64,000 nucleotides of DNA from an uncultured Bacillota bacterium (GCA_963823655.1 CAWGMK010000002.1:1-64000), one strand, 5' to 3'; positions 50,180 through 60,542 are shown, counted from the stretch's first letter. The notes: a model not told the origin generated them from the sequence alone. Translations and numbers: made by a program.

Positions 50180-51569
50180 TTTGAAGCTCAGTCTAAAAAG
50201 GAAGCTCTCGCTTGCCATGCTGATAGTGGCGCTTCTTACAGTCGCCCTTATCAGCTTCCTTTCGGGCTCCATGATCAAAAGGGAGTTCAAAGGCTATATA
50301 GCAAGGCAGCAGGAAGCAAGGACCGAGAGCATCATATCGAGCATCAGCCACCAGTACAATGAAGTGGCCGGCATATGGAATGTCGATCTCGTCTATGCGA
50401 CGGGCATGGCTGCCCTCAACGACGGCTACATAATCAAGGTCCTGGACAGCCAGGGCCAAACCGTATGGGACGCCCAGGCGCATGACATGAGCCTTTGTGA
50501 GGACATCATGAAGGACATCTCCGAAAGGATGGGCGTGGAATTCCCGCAGATAGGTGGCTCTTTCCAATCCCATGCGCATGAGCTTATTAGCGGCGGGGAG
50601 ATTGTGGGAAGCGTCAGCATCGGCTACTACGAGCCCTTCTTCCTCAATGAGAACGACTTCCGCTTCCTGGACACCCTGAACGTGGTAATCGCGGGCATCG
50701 GCCTTGTTTCACTGGCGGTCTCGGTCATCGTGGGGCTGATCATGGCGACTGGGCTCAGCCGACCCTTACGGAAAACTGTTGAAGCGGCGGCGCAGATATC
50801 AGACGGTAATTACAAAGTAAGGCTTGCCGACCAGAACGACACTTTGGAGGTCGGCATGCTGATGCAATCCATTAACCACCTTGCATCTTCGCTCGAGCAG
50901 CAGGAGGGCATAAGAAAGCAGCTCGTGGAGGACGTCTCACATGAGATCAGGACCCCGGTTGCGATCCTTCAGACCCATATAGAGGCGATGGTAGAGGGCA
51001 TATGGCAGCCGACCGTCGAGCACTTGCAAAGCTGCCATGACGAAGTCATCCGGATTGGGCAGCTGATGAAGGACATCGAAAGCCTTACCGAGGTCAATAG
51101 CAGCAACATCAGGCTCGACAAGACGGAATTTGGCATCATGGAGGTAATCCGGAGGGCAATCGGCGGCTTTGAAGTGGAAATCGGAAAGAAGGGCCTGCAC
51201 ATTGCCTTAAAGGGCACGGACTGTATGGTGTCGGCGGACAGGAACAGGATCAACCAGGTTCTGGTCAACCTGCTCTCCAACGCAGTTAAGTACTCGAAAA
51301 GCGGCGGCTCCATCGATGTCGAGGTCATGGAAACCACAAGCTACGTAGTGATTACGGTCAAAGACGACGGCATTGGCATCCCCGATAAGGAACAGCCTTA
51401 CATATTCGAGCGCTTCTACCGCGCCGACAAGTCGCGCAACAGGAAGACCGGTGGTTCTGGCATTGGCCTTTCCATAGTGAAGTACATAGTCGAGGCTCAT
51501 GGCGGAAAAGTGAGCGTAAGCAGCAAGATAGATGAAGGCAGCACTTTCGAGGTCATGCTGCCCAAGTAG
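50172..51569 (+). CDS. HAMP-domain sensor histidine kinase (BaeS-like)
   Basis: Two TM helices, SHEIRTP, NLLSNAVKY, DDGIGI, FERFYR, GSGIGL. Confidence 0.93.
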   Translation: MSDLKLSLKRKLSLAMLIVALLTVALISFLSGSMIKREFKGYIARQQEARTESIISSISHQYNEVAGIWNVDLVYATGMAALNDGYIIKVLDSQGQTVWDAQAHDMSLCEDIMKDISERMGVEFPQIGGSFQSHAHELISGGEIVGSVSIGYYEPFFLNENDFRFLDTLNVVIAGIGLVSLAVSVIVGLIMATGLSRPLRKTVEAAAQISDGNYKVRLADQNDTLEVGMLMQSINHLASSLEQQEGIRKQLVEDVSHEIRTPVAILQTHIEAMVEGIWQPTVEHLQSCHDEVIRIGQLMKDIESLTEVNSSNIRLDKTEFGIMEVIRRAIGGFEVEIGKKGLHIALKGTDCMVSADRNRINQVLVNLLSNAVKYSKSGGSIDVEVMETTSYVVITVKDDGIGIPDKEQPYIFERFYRADKSRNRKTGGSGIGLSIVKYIVEAHGGKVSVSSKIDEGSTFEVMLPK

Positions 51570-51910
51570 AGCCAATTTACAGCAGAGCTTATAGATCCTA
51601 ATACTGTTACGCTCAACGTTAAATGGACGGCTTTTAGAGCAGCTTAGGCCAACTTTACGAGAGTCAGCGAAAAGGTCATGTACAATCGGACGCGGCTGAA
51701 TTTGTCATATGAGCGATTGCGTTTCGTAATTTTTTCACGCCGCTTCGCGATACGGCCTAGACAGGTCAGGCGCAAGGTATAAGACGCTCTGTGTCGAAAT
51801 ACGAATATAAGTCGCAGTGATAGATGTCGATATGAGCCTTGATAAAGATTAGTATTTCCCAGTTTAGAAGCACAATTTGCAACGGAAATGGATAACCGAG
51901 GAGGCACGCA

Positions 51911-52147
51911 ATGCTCAAGGTTTTTACGGCAGATGAGCTGAGCAAATTCGACGGCAAGAACGGAAAAGCGGCCTATGTTGCATTCGAAGGCGCCGTCTAC
52001 GATGTAACAGGCGGCCCCAACTGGGGTGACGGCGAACATTACGGCATGCATGAGGCAGGGATGGACCTGACGGACCAGATGGGTGGCGCTCCGCACGGAG
52101 GAGAGCTGTTCAAAGGTTACCCAATAGTAGGCAAGCTCGCCAGCTGA
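51911..52147 (+). CDS. Cytochrome b5-like heme/steroid-binding protein
   Basis: FTADELSKFDG, AYVAFEGAVYDVT, W..GEH..MHEAGMDLT, APHG. Confidence 0.85.
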   Translation: MLKVFTADELSKFDGKNGKAAYVAFEGAVYDVTGGPNWGDGEHYGMHEAGMDLTDQMGGAPHGGELFKGYPIVGKLAS

Positions 52148-52229
52148 TAGGGTAATCAGTCTTTCCTTGTAACCCCATACTAGGCAGGGATTAAAACCCA
52201 GGAGCGACTTCCGATAGGGGGTGGTGTAA

Positions 52230-53944
52230 TTGGATTGGACCTTGAAGATAGGCGGGGCCGCAGGCCAGGGCTTGCAGGTTATCGGAGGCATGCTGACTCG
52301 CACTTTCGTAAGATCAGGGCTTTTCGTATTCACCGGGCAGGATTCTGAAGTCGAGAATCCGCGGCGGCCACAATTTCCTTCAACTGAGAGTCGGCGACAA
52401 GCCGGTAAACGCCTTCGCATCCCGTATAGATGTCCTAGTCGCCCTGGATTTGGAGACGATCCGGGCCCATATCTCAGAGCTTGGCGAGGACGGCATAATT
52501 GTCTGGGACCCTGCCGCAGTAGCATACACCGAAGTAACTGAGAGGGGCTTCGCTGTGCCTTTGGCCAAGCTCACGACCGACGCCGGCGGGCAGGCGATAA
52601 TGATGAACTCTACAGCCGTCGGAGCAGTGCTCGGAATGGTTGGCTTTCCCCGAGAGTCCATCGCTTCGATGCTTGAGCATGAGTTCGGGCGCAAAGGCAA
52701 AGAGGTAGTAGAGGCTAATGTAAAAGTGGCGCTGGCTGGCTACGATTATGCCAGGGACAACTGCACGATCTGCGGCAAAGTGATTGCCCCCGGACAGGCG
52801 GGCGGGCACATGGTGCTAACAGGGAACCAGGCGATAGCGCTCGGTTCCATGGCAGCCGGGCTGCGCTTCGTATCCGCCTACCCGATGTCGCCCTCCACCT
52901 CTATCATGGAGTTCATCGCCGGGCGCTCCGCGGAGCATGGAATAGTGGTTGAACAGGCAGAAGACGAAATCGCCGCGATCAATATGGCGATAGGGGCATC
53001 ATATGCCGGATTGCGGGCGATGACCGCGACTTCCGGCGGTGGGCTCTGCCTGATGGTAGAGGGCATCGGCCTTGCGGGCATGACCGAGACGCCTATTGTA
53101 ATAGTAGACGCCCAGCGCCCCGGGCCCAGCACAGGGCTTCCGACGAGGACTGAGCAGGCCGACTTGCTCTTTCTTATCCATGCGTCACACGGCGAATTCC
53201 CGAGAGCAATCCTCGCGCCCGGGGATGCCAATCAGGCGTTCTACCTGGCTGCCAAAGCCTTCAACCTGGCGGAGAAGTATCAAATACCCGTCTTTCTGAT
53301 GACCGACCAGTACCTGGCCGATTCCTCATGGACCATCGAGCCTCCCGACCCTTCCAGGATCACCATCGAGCGCGGCGAGATGCTGACGGAAACGGCCCCC
53401 GCCGACTATAAAAGGTATACCATAACGGATACAGGAATTTCCCCGAGGGCGATACCGGGGGCAGGGCCCGCGCTTGTAGTTGCCGACAGCGATGAGCATA
53501 CAGAAGAGGGCCACATAACGGAAAGCGCGGAAGTCAGGTTGGCCATGATGAACAAGCGGGCAAGGAAGCAGGAGCTTTTGAGGTCTGAGATAAGCCCGCC
53601 GGATCATTACGGCCCCGAGAACGCGAAGGTAACGCTTTTGTGCTGGGGCTCGAACCTCCATGTGGTCCGAGAAGCCGTCGACATCCTGAACGCCAGTACG
53701 GAAAACTCGGCCAACTGCTATCATTTCTCCCAGCTCTGGCCTTTCCCGAAGGAGGCCGTCTCTGAAGCTTCTTAAGGGCTCGGGGCTGCTTATGACGGTG
53801 GAGAACAACTCCACCGCCCAATTGGCAAAGCTCTTAAGGACCGAGACTGGCATACAGGTCAGAGGCTCCATACTGAAGTTCGACGGCAGGCCGTTCACAC
53901 CTGAACTAGTAGCTGATGCCGTACGAAAGGAGGTGTCTTTCTGA
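52230..53944 (+). CDS. 2-oxoacid:ferredoxin oxidoreductase alpha subunit, frameshifted near 52345 and 53770
   Basis: KIGGAAGQG, IRGGHN (shifted), YPMSPST, EQAEDEIAA, TSGGG, QRPGPSTGLPT, DSDEH, VENNSTAQL, KFDGRPF; TGATG overlap with the beta gene. Confidence 0.88.
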
Positions 53945-54804
53945 TGCTGACGATCGAGGATTACAAGAGCCATGATCCAATCGCCTGGTGCCCGGGCTGC
54001 GGCAATTTCGGCATACTGGCGGCAATGAAGAAGGCCCTGGTAGCTCTTGAGTTGAGGCCGCAGGACATCTGCATGGTAAGCGGCATTGGGCAGGCCGCCA
54101 AGTTGCCCCACTACCTGAAGGGCAATGTGTTCAATGGCCTGCATGGGCGCACACTGCCGGTAGCCACCGGCATCCACCTTGCGAATCCCGAACTTAAAGT
54201 CATTGCAATCGGCGGCGACGGCGACGGTTACGCAGAGGGCGGAAACCACTTCCTTCATGCGCTCAGGCGCAACCCGCACATCACTTACATAGTCCATGAC
54301 AACCAGGTATTCGGCCTCACCAGGGGCCAGACTTCTCCCACAAGCGATGCCGGCTACGTCTCCACGACGACGCCGTGGGGCCAGATCGCAGGCTCCTTCA
54401 ACCCGATCGCCGTAGCAATCGCACTAGACGCGAGCTTCGTTGCAAGAGGCTTTGCTGGCAACATAGAGCAGCTTTCGCAGCTGATACAGGAAGGCATTCG
54501 CACCGAAGGCTTCGCCCTTATAGACGTGCTTCAGCCCTGCGTCACCTTCAACAAGGTCAACACCTTCAAGTGGTACAGCGAAAGGGTCTATAAGCTTGAG
54601 GAAGGGTATGATCCTCATGATCGCGCGGCCGCCTTCGCCAAGGCGTATGAGTGGGGGGACAGGATACCGACCGGCGTAATCTACCGAGGTTCGAGGGCTT
54701 CCTACTCGTCACTTCTAGCCAGCACAAGGCCCAAAGCCAATCCGGTTGGCTACATTCCCGACCCGATGACCATCGCGCCCCTAATCAAAGAACTTTCTGA
54801 TTAG
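53944..54804 (+). CDS. 2-oxoacid:ferredoxin oxidoreductase beta subunit (TPP-binding)
   Basis: WCPGCGNFG, SGIGQ, LHGR, GGDGD...N, GQTSPT, QPCVTFN. Confidence 0.93.
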   Translation: MLTIEDYKSHDPIAWCPGCGNFGILAAMKKALVALELRPQDICMVSGIGQAAKLPHYLKGNVFNGLHGRTLPVATGIHLANPELKVIAIGGDGDGYAEGGNHFLHALRRNPHITYIVHDNQVFGLTRGQTSPTSDAGYVSTTTPWGQIAGSFNPIAVAIALDASFVARGFAGNIEQLSQLIQEGIRTEGFALIDVLQPCVTFNKVNTFKWYSERVYKLEEGYDPHDRAAAFAKAYEWGDRIPTGVIYRGSRASYSSLLASTRPKANPVGYIPDPMTIAPLIKELSD

Positions 54805-55134
54805 CCAATAATTGGGATTCTGACATGCAAGCAGGGATGGTATGGAAAACCAAGCATATTTATATATTTCGATTTATATGGTAACTTGTTTACAAAGCAG
54901 CTGATACTCATTGGAGGGGAAGTGAGAGAAGGCACAATTTGAAGCCAATAGGATTCCAAATCTCTGACCAACTGGAGCGAAAAAGAGAAACGCAGAATTC
55001 CAATCAGCGCTTATTGCAGCGGAAACCGCATATGAAATCGGTATAGGCAGCTTGTAGGGCGTACAACAGAAATCCAGGGATTGGTGCTTGGTTCTCAGTA
55101 GCGAAAAGTATCTAAAGAGCATTTGGAGGAACAT

Positions 55135-56529
55135 ATGGTTATTTTATATACGATAATCAACATCGTAGCCCTTGCCGTATGCATCGGAATCGTGCTGAGG
55201 ATGCAGTCCAAGAGAGCGTCCTTCACGAAGCGCGTCCTGGTAGCCCTTGGCTTTGGCATAGTTCTGGGGCTTGCCATGCAGTTCGCTTTCAGGGGCCAAA
55301 AAGAGGTCCTGGACAGCACATTGCCCTGGTACGGGCTGGTCGGTAACGGTTATGTAGCATTGCTTCGCATGATAGTCATCCCTTTGGTCATGGTTTCCAT
55401 CATCTCAGCCATATTAAAGCTTAAAGACGCGAAGAACCTGGGCAAGATGAGCATGAGCGTAATCCTCACGCTCGTTCTTACGGCAGGCTTGGCAGCGATG
55501 GTAGGAGAGGTATCTGCCCTTGCGTTCGGACTTGACGCGAGAGAGCTGACCCTGGGGACCGCGGAAACGCAAAGGGCGGCCGTGCTCCAGCAGACTACGG
55601 CGCAGGCCAATACGTCTTTGCCTGATAAGATACTGGAGATCATACCCACGAATCCATTCAAGGACATGACAGGGGCCAGGAACACCTCCACGCTGGCCGT
55701 GGTCGTATTCTCCGGCTTCATCGGACTTGCCACTTTGGCGATACGCAAAAAGAATCCGGCAGAGGCTGATTTCGTCCAGAAGCTGGTCGACGCGTCCTAT
55801 GCCGTGACGATGCGCATAACGACCATGATCCTGAAGCTGACCCCATATGGCGTTATGGCCCTGATGGCCTCGATGATCGCTGGCACGGATTTCTCGGCAA
55901 TCGTGAACCTTGCGAAGTTCGTGATCGCCTCCTACACCGCAATCATCGTGATGTTCACCATCCATCTCTTCATACTGGCGCTTTTCAAGTACAATCCGTG
56001 GACATACATAAAGAAGGCATTCCCCACGCTCGCCTTCGCGTTCACGTCCCGCACCAGCCTGGGGACATTGCCGATGACAATAGAGACACAGACCAAGAAG
56101 CTTGGCATATCCGACGCAATCGCCAACTTCTCGGCAACGTTCGGCATAGCGATAGGCCAGAACGGCTGCGCCGGCATTTATCCTGCTATGTTGGCAGTCA
56201 TGATAGCGCCGACGGTAGGGATCAACCCCTTCAACATAGGCTTCCTGCTCACAGTGGCGCTTGTTACGGCGATTAGCTCGTTTGGAGTCGCCGGAGTCGG
56301 CGGCGGGGCCACCTTCGCAGCGCTTATCGTACTGTCTGCCCTGAACCTACCCATAGCTCTAGCAGGCCTTCTTATATCGATCGAGCCGCTAATAGACATG
56401 GGCCGTACGGCTTTGAACGTTTCCGACGCCTTTGTCGCGGGGGCTGTTTCTGCACGGATACTTAAGGAAGTGGACATGAAAGTCTACGACAACCTCAAGT
56501 CCGATACAGAGATTGCAGAAACGGTATGA
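55135..56529 (+). CDS. tcyP: L-cystine transporter (dicarboxylate/amino acid:cation symporter)
   Basis: GNGYV.LL.MIVIPLV, FAFTSRTS, IGQNGCAGIYPAMLA, SSFGVAGVGGGAT, ISIEPLIDMGRTALNV. Confidence 0.87.
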   Translation: MVILYTIINIVALAVCIGIVLRMQSKRASFTKRVLVALGFGIVLGLAMQFAFRGQKEVLDSTLPWYGLVGNGYVALLRMIVIPLVMVSIISAILKLKDAKNLGKMSMSVILTLVLTAGLAAMVGEVSALAFGLDARELTLGTAETQRAAVLQQTTAQANTSLPDKILEIIPTNPFKDMTGARNTSTLAVVVFSGFIGLATLAIRKKNPAEADFVQKLVDASYAVTMRITTMILKLTPYGVMALMASMIAGTDFSAIVNLAKFVIASYTAIIVMFTIHLFILALFKYNPWTYIKKAFPTLAFAFTSRTSLGTLPMTIETQTKKLGISDAIANFSATFGIAIGQNGCAGIYPAMLAVMIAPTVGINPFNIGFLLTVALVTAISSFGVAGVGGGATFAALIVLSALNLPIALAGLLISIEPLIDMGRTALNVSDAFVAGAVSARILKEVDMKVYDNLKSDTEIAETV

Positions 56530-57863
56530 AGATATTGATAGTAGGCGGCGTGGCGGCGGGAATGAGCGCCGCTGCCAGGGTGAAAAGGAACCTGAAGGAT
56601 GCCGAAGTAATAGTCCTCGAGCAGAGCGGCGACGTGTCCTGGGGAGCCTGCGGCCTGCCCTATTACGTCGGCGGCTGGTTCGATGACCCGAACTTCATGA
56701 TAGCAAGGACCGCCGAGCAGTTTCGCGAATCGGGCATCGAAGTCCGTATCCACAATCGCGTATTGAGCCTGGATCATGCCGCAAAAAAGGTCAGGGTCAA
56801 GAACCTGCAGACCGGGGCCGAATACGACGAGAGCTTCGATCAGCTGATGATCGCGACCGGCGGCAGCCCCATTCTCCCCGAACACCCAGGAATTGGCCTT
56901 GGCAACATCATGCCGCTAACAAGGCTCGATGACGGGGAGAAGCTTAAGAAGCTGCTGCAGGACCCTGCGATCAAGAACGTTGCCATAATCGGCGCCGGCT
57001 TCATCGCGATAGAATCTGCGGAAGCCTGCGCGCATATGGGCAAATCTGTGCGGATGATCCAGCACAGCGACAGAGTGCTAAGAAAGCTCTTCGACAAGGA
57101 AGTCACCGACGTCGTTGAGAAGTCACTGGTTAGAAACGGCGTCCAGCTTCACCTTTCCGAGAACGTGGTCTCATTCATAGGCAAGGACTGGCGCGTGGAC
57201 GAAGTCGTCACGGATAAGGGACGCTATCAGGCGGAACTTGTGATCGTGGCGATAGGCATAAAGCCCAACACGGCATTTTTGGCGGGAAGCGGACTTGAGA
57301 TGATGCCCAATGGGGCGATAATCGTCGACAACACGGGGAGGACTAATCTTGATTTTGTCTTCTCCGCCGGCGACTGCGCCACCGTGCCGCTTGCCTACGA
57401 CGGAAGGGCTGAGTACGTGCCGCTTGCGACCGGCGCCAACAAGCTTGGCCGCGTCGTAGGAGACGCCATGGCGGGCAAGGGAACAAGATACCCTGGCAGC
57501 CTGTCATCAGTATGTATAAAGGTATTCGACATCGAGGCGGGCCGCACTGGCCTTTCCGAGAGGGACGCGACGAAGATGGGTATAAGCTTCAAGAGCGTCT
57601 TCATAACCGACAAGAACCACACGAACTACTGGCCCGGCCAGGAAGAGATATCCATAAAGCTGATCTATGATCCGGCTACGCGCAAATTGCTGGGCGGGCA
57701 GATCGTCGGAGGGTCGGGATCGGTCCTGCGCACAGACGTGCTTGCCGCAGCCATCACAGGCGGCCTTACCGTTGAGCAGCTGGGAATGATGGACCTCTGC
57801 TATGCACCCCCGTTCTCAAGGACCTGGGACGCCCTCAACGTGGCCGGCAATGTAGCAAAATAG
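56526..57863 (+). CDS. cdr: CoA-disulfide reductase family flavoprotein
   Basis: GGVAAGMSAA, SWGACGLPY, ATG, GAGFIA.E, AGDCA, DLCYAPPF; ATGA overlap with tcyP. Confidence 0.85.
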   Translation: MKILIVGGVAAGMSAAARVKRNLKDAEVIVLEQSGDVSWGACGLPYYVGGWFDDPNFMIARTAEQFRESGIEVRIHNRVLSLDHAAKKVRVKNLQTGAEYDESFDQLMIATGGSPILPEHPGIGLGNIMPLTRLDDGEKLKKLLQDPAIKNVAIIGAGFIAIESAEACAHMGKSVRMIQHSDRVLRKLFDKEVTDVVEKSLVRNGVQLHLSENVVSFIGKDWRVDEVVTDKGRYQAELVIVAIGIKPNTAFLAGSGLEMMPNGAIIVDNTGRTNLDFVFSAGDCATVPLAYDGRAEYVPLATGANKLGRVVGDAMAGKGTRYPGSLSSVCIKVFDIEAGRTGLSERDATKMGISFKSVFITDKNHTNYWPGQEEISIKLIYDPATRKLLGGQIVGGSGSVLRTDVLAAAITGGLTVEQLGMMDLCYAPPFSRTWDALNVAGNVAK

Positions 57864-57907
57864 GCAATGGCCGCATTCGCCTTACCGTACCGAAAGGAGG
57901 CACTTAA

Positions 57908-58153
57908 TTGATAAACAGACATTCTATAGTCCTTTTCATTGTATTAGTAGCGATGGGTTTCGGATTGTTCACGATGGTGGGCTTCCAGAGGAAGAACGCC
58001 ATAGCGCCGGTCGCCTCGACCGGAGGCGGACTGGTAGTCAATGTAGGGTCCGGCATTGTTCCTTCGACAACCGTGACCAACGATGGCAGCGGCGCAACAA
58101 CGGCGCCCGTTGTCGACGACGCGGCGGCTGCGGACGGCGCGGCTTGCCCGTAA
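57908..58153 (+). CDS. Small membrane-anchored protein with low-complexity stalk and C-terminal Cys-Pro
   Basis: RBS AAGGAGG 7 nt before TTG; N-terminal TM; T/A/G/V-rich linker; ends AADGAACP. Confidence 0.62.
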   Translation: MINRHSIVLFIVLVAMGFGLFTMVGFQRKNAIAPVASTGGGLVVNVGSGIVPSTTVTNDGSGATTAPVVDDAAAADGAACP

Positions 58154-58202
58154 GAGCAAATAAACTGATTTACGGTAAGCAACAAGAAAGGGGAACAGGA
58201 AA

Positions 58203-59555
58203 ATGACGAAAAGCTTGACTAGAGCGATTATTCTGGTGCTGTGTTTGGGCTTACTCGGAGCTAGTGTCTGGGCAATTGAGGCCCCTGCGAAGAGCATAAA
58301 CGCGACTTACCAGTTCTTCAACAGCGCAAACTTCTCCCATCTCACAGACCCTGATCCGGTGTTTAGAACCGTATCGTACGACCAGCTCATAAAGCTGTTC
58401 GAAAGCGACGGGACGTATATGATACTCTTCGGCGGATCATGGTGCGGCAATACCCAGGCGGTCATCGCCCAGATCAACGACGTCGCCAAGGAATATGGTG
58501 TTGAGGCTATCTACAACTTCGACTTCAAACTGGACGGCGCGTCGATGCACATCCGCGACACGAAGAACCCCTATGCCAACCTCTATGTGGACCTTGTGCA
58601 GAAGTATCTGCCCAACATCGTCACTTTGTATGACAAGAACGTCAACGGCGTAAGCTATGTAAAAGCTGACGGCACGACGGCATTGGCCAACAAGCTCCAG
58701 GTGCCGTTCCTATTCCTGTACAACAAGAACAGCGTCGGCGCCGACGGCAAGCCCGCCCCCATAATGGCCTCTTTCGAGAAGATGCTCACATGGGCGAAGG
58801 ATTTCCAGACCAACGGAGTCGACGATCCTGCCAAGATAGAAGCCTACAAGAAGGAAATCCGCCCGCTCTTCGACATTGTCGCGACAAAGACGCTGCTTGG
58901 CAAGAAGACGGCCAAACTGGACACCTTCACGGACTTCGAGTACTTCAGCACCGCATTCAACGCCAAGGCGAAGACCACGATACTAGACGCGAAGGATGAG
59001 CCCTGGGTAATGCAGACCGTCTCATACTTCGAGCTCACGAAGATACTTGAAAGCCCCGGCAACTTCGTCTTCATGTTCGGCGGCCCCTGGTGCGGAAACA
59101 CCCAGGCTGTCGTAAAGCTCGTGAACGAGTATGCGAAGAAGTACAACATTTCGAAGATCTATACATGGGATACCAAGCTCGATTCCAACGTCTTGCAGAC
59201 GCGCGACACGAAGAACGCATACGCCAAGATGTATGTGGACCTCGTCAGGAAGTACTTCCCCGGAATCGAAACGGTCTATGCATTGGATAAGAACAACGTT
59301 TCCTACACTGACGCGTCCGGCGCCGTAATCGCGGCCAACAAGCTGCAGGTCCCGTACGTATTCGTGTACAACAAGGACAGGAAGGACGCAGCAGGCAATC
59401 CTGATCCCATCCTTGGCCAGATAGAGCTCATGTACAGCTGGGAGAACATCCAGCCCGGCTACGTCGACAAGGACGGCAAGACCGGAGTCAACTACAAGAA
59501 CTACACGGCAGCCCTTGACGCGCTCTTCGGCCAGCTGGCTGCCATTGCGAAGTAA
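58203..59555 (+). CDS. Secreted protein with two tandem thioredoxin-like domains (WCGNT)
   Basis: Signal peptide; FGGSWCGNTQ and FGGPWCGNTQ 216 aa apart, each followed by ANKLQVP (cis-Pro position). Confidence 0.75.
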   Translation: MTKSLTRAIILVLCLGLLGASVWAIEAPAKSINATYQFFNSANFSHLTDPDPVFRTVSYDQLIKLFESDGTYMILFGGSWCGNTQAVIAQINDVAKEYGVEAIYNFDFKLDGASMHIRDTKNPYANLYVDLVQKYLPNIVTLYDKNVNGVSYVKADGTTALANKLQVPFLFLYNKNSVGADGKPAPIMASFEKMLTWAKDFQTNGVDDPAKIEAYKKEIRPLFDIVATKTLLGKKTAKLDTFTDFEYFSTAFNAKAKTTILDAKDEPWVMQTVSYFELTKILESPGNFVFMFGGPWCGNTQAVVKLVNEYAKKYNISKIYTWDTKLDSNVLQTRDTKNAYAKMYVDLVRKYFPGIETVYALDKNNVSYTDASGAVIAANKLQVPYVFVYNKDRKDAAGNPDPILGQIELMYSWENIQPGYVDKDGKTGVNYKNYTAALDALFGQLAAIAK

Positions 59556-59612
59556 GGCATGACGGCCTGATTCCGTAAAGCAGTCTTAAGAAACCGACTA
59601 GTTGCATAAGAG

Positions 59613-59655
59613 AAAAGGCTTGGTCCCTCATTTGGAAGGGGCCAAGCCTTATTTT
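59613..59655. terminator. Bidirectional terminator
   Basis: AAAAGGCTTGGTCCC...GGGCCAAGCCTTATTTT between convergent genes. Confidence 0.78.
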
Positions 59656-59733
59656 CGCCGCCATATGCGAGTCTGCTTGCGCAGTGGGTTAATAGAAAAG
59701 AGAAAGCAGGATAACCTGGCAATTTCTACGGTA

Positions 59734-60201
59734 TCAGGCACCTAAAGAATCCAAAAGGGACATGAGCTCATCGTTTCCGGGGATGTCCTCCATGGAATGT
59801 CCGTAATGGACGTAGCGCAGCATGCCGCCTTTGTCGATGATCATCTGCGCCGGCATGCGCCCCAGCTTGAACAGGTTCACCTTCTGCCCGTATAGCTTGA
59901 GTACCACATGTTTCTCATCCGGAAGTCCTATGAAGGGCAGGTTATTCTTCTTCCAGTATGCTTTGAAGGCCGTCGCATCCTCTGGCCCGATTACAACAAT
60001 GGCCGCATCTTTCGCCTCGAAAGCCGTAAAATCCTGATGCAACTGCATCATGTGCTTCTGGCAGAATGGTCACATAAACCCCCTGTTGAGCACCAGAACA
60101 ACATGCTTTTGCCCCTTAAGGCCGGAAAGCCGGAACGCATTGCCTTCGAAATCCGCAAGCGTAAAGTCCGGCGCCGGTTCGTTTACAGCAATGCTTGCCA
60201 T
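59734..60201 (-). CDS. Selenocysteine-containing AhpC/TSA (peroxiredoxin-like) protein, UxxC motif, 155 aa
   Basis: RBS AAGGAGG; MASIAVNEPAPDFTL...LNRGFM-TGA-PFCQKH continues in frame into ORF 59734..60051; TGA at 60072-60070; SECIS-like hairpin follows. Confidence 0.82.
60035..60050 (-). promoter_or_regulatory. Candidate bacterial SECIS element
   Basis: UGAUGC-AGUU-GCAUCA hairpin; loop begins 25 nt after the UGA and has G then U at positions 2-3. Confidence 0.6.
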
Positions 60202-60248
60202 CTTGTCCTCCTTAGCTAATCTCGTAAGACGTCTTCGCCACTGGGCTA

Positions 60249-60452
60249 CTAGTATCTCGATACCCAGACCAGGAACGCGATTATCGCTGCTACGAAGAGC
60301 CAGGAGACGGGGTTTGCGAAGTTGAGCGTCCTGCCGAAGCCATAAGGCTTGGGGACGAAGATGTTCGCATCTTCCTTGTTGAAATAGATGAAGGAGTTCG
60401 TCTTCTTCCTGTATTCCGCTACTTCCTGTGCGGACCACTTTCTATCGGCCAT
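60249..60452 (-). CDS. DUF5808-like small membrane protein
   Basis: YFNKED..IFVPK..GFGRTLNFANP followed by one TM helix. Confidence 0.72.
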   Translation of the reverse strand: MADRKWSAQEVAEYRKKTNSFIYFNKEDANIFVPKPYGFGRTLNFANPVSWLFVAAIIAFLVWVSRY

Positions 60453-60542
60453 GATAATACGCACCTTTCTTCCAAGCTAAATCAAGTTGCCACCTAATTC
60501 AATCATATCCGCCTTGCGCAAATAAACAATGGTTCGAAATCA

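Noticed and set aside
54850-55130. T-box or SAM riboswitch upstream of tcyP
   Set aside because: No TGGNACC core with antiterminator/terminator and no S-box consensus could be found by eye; an Rfam scan would settle it.
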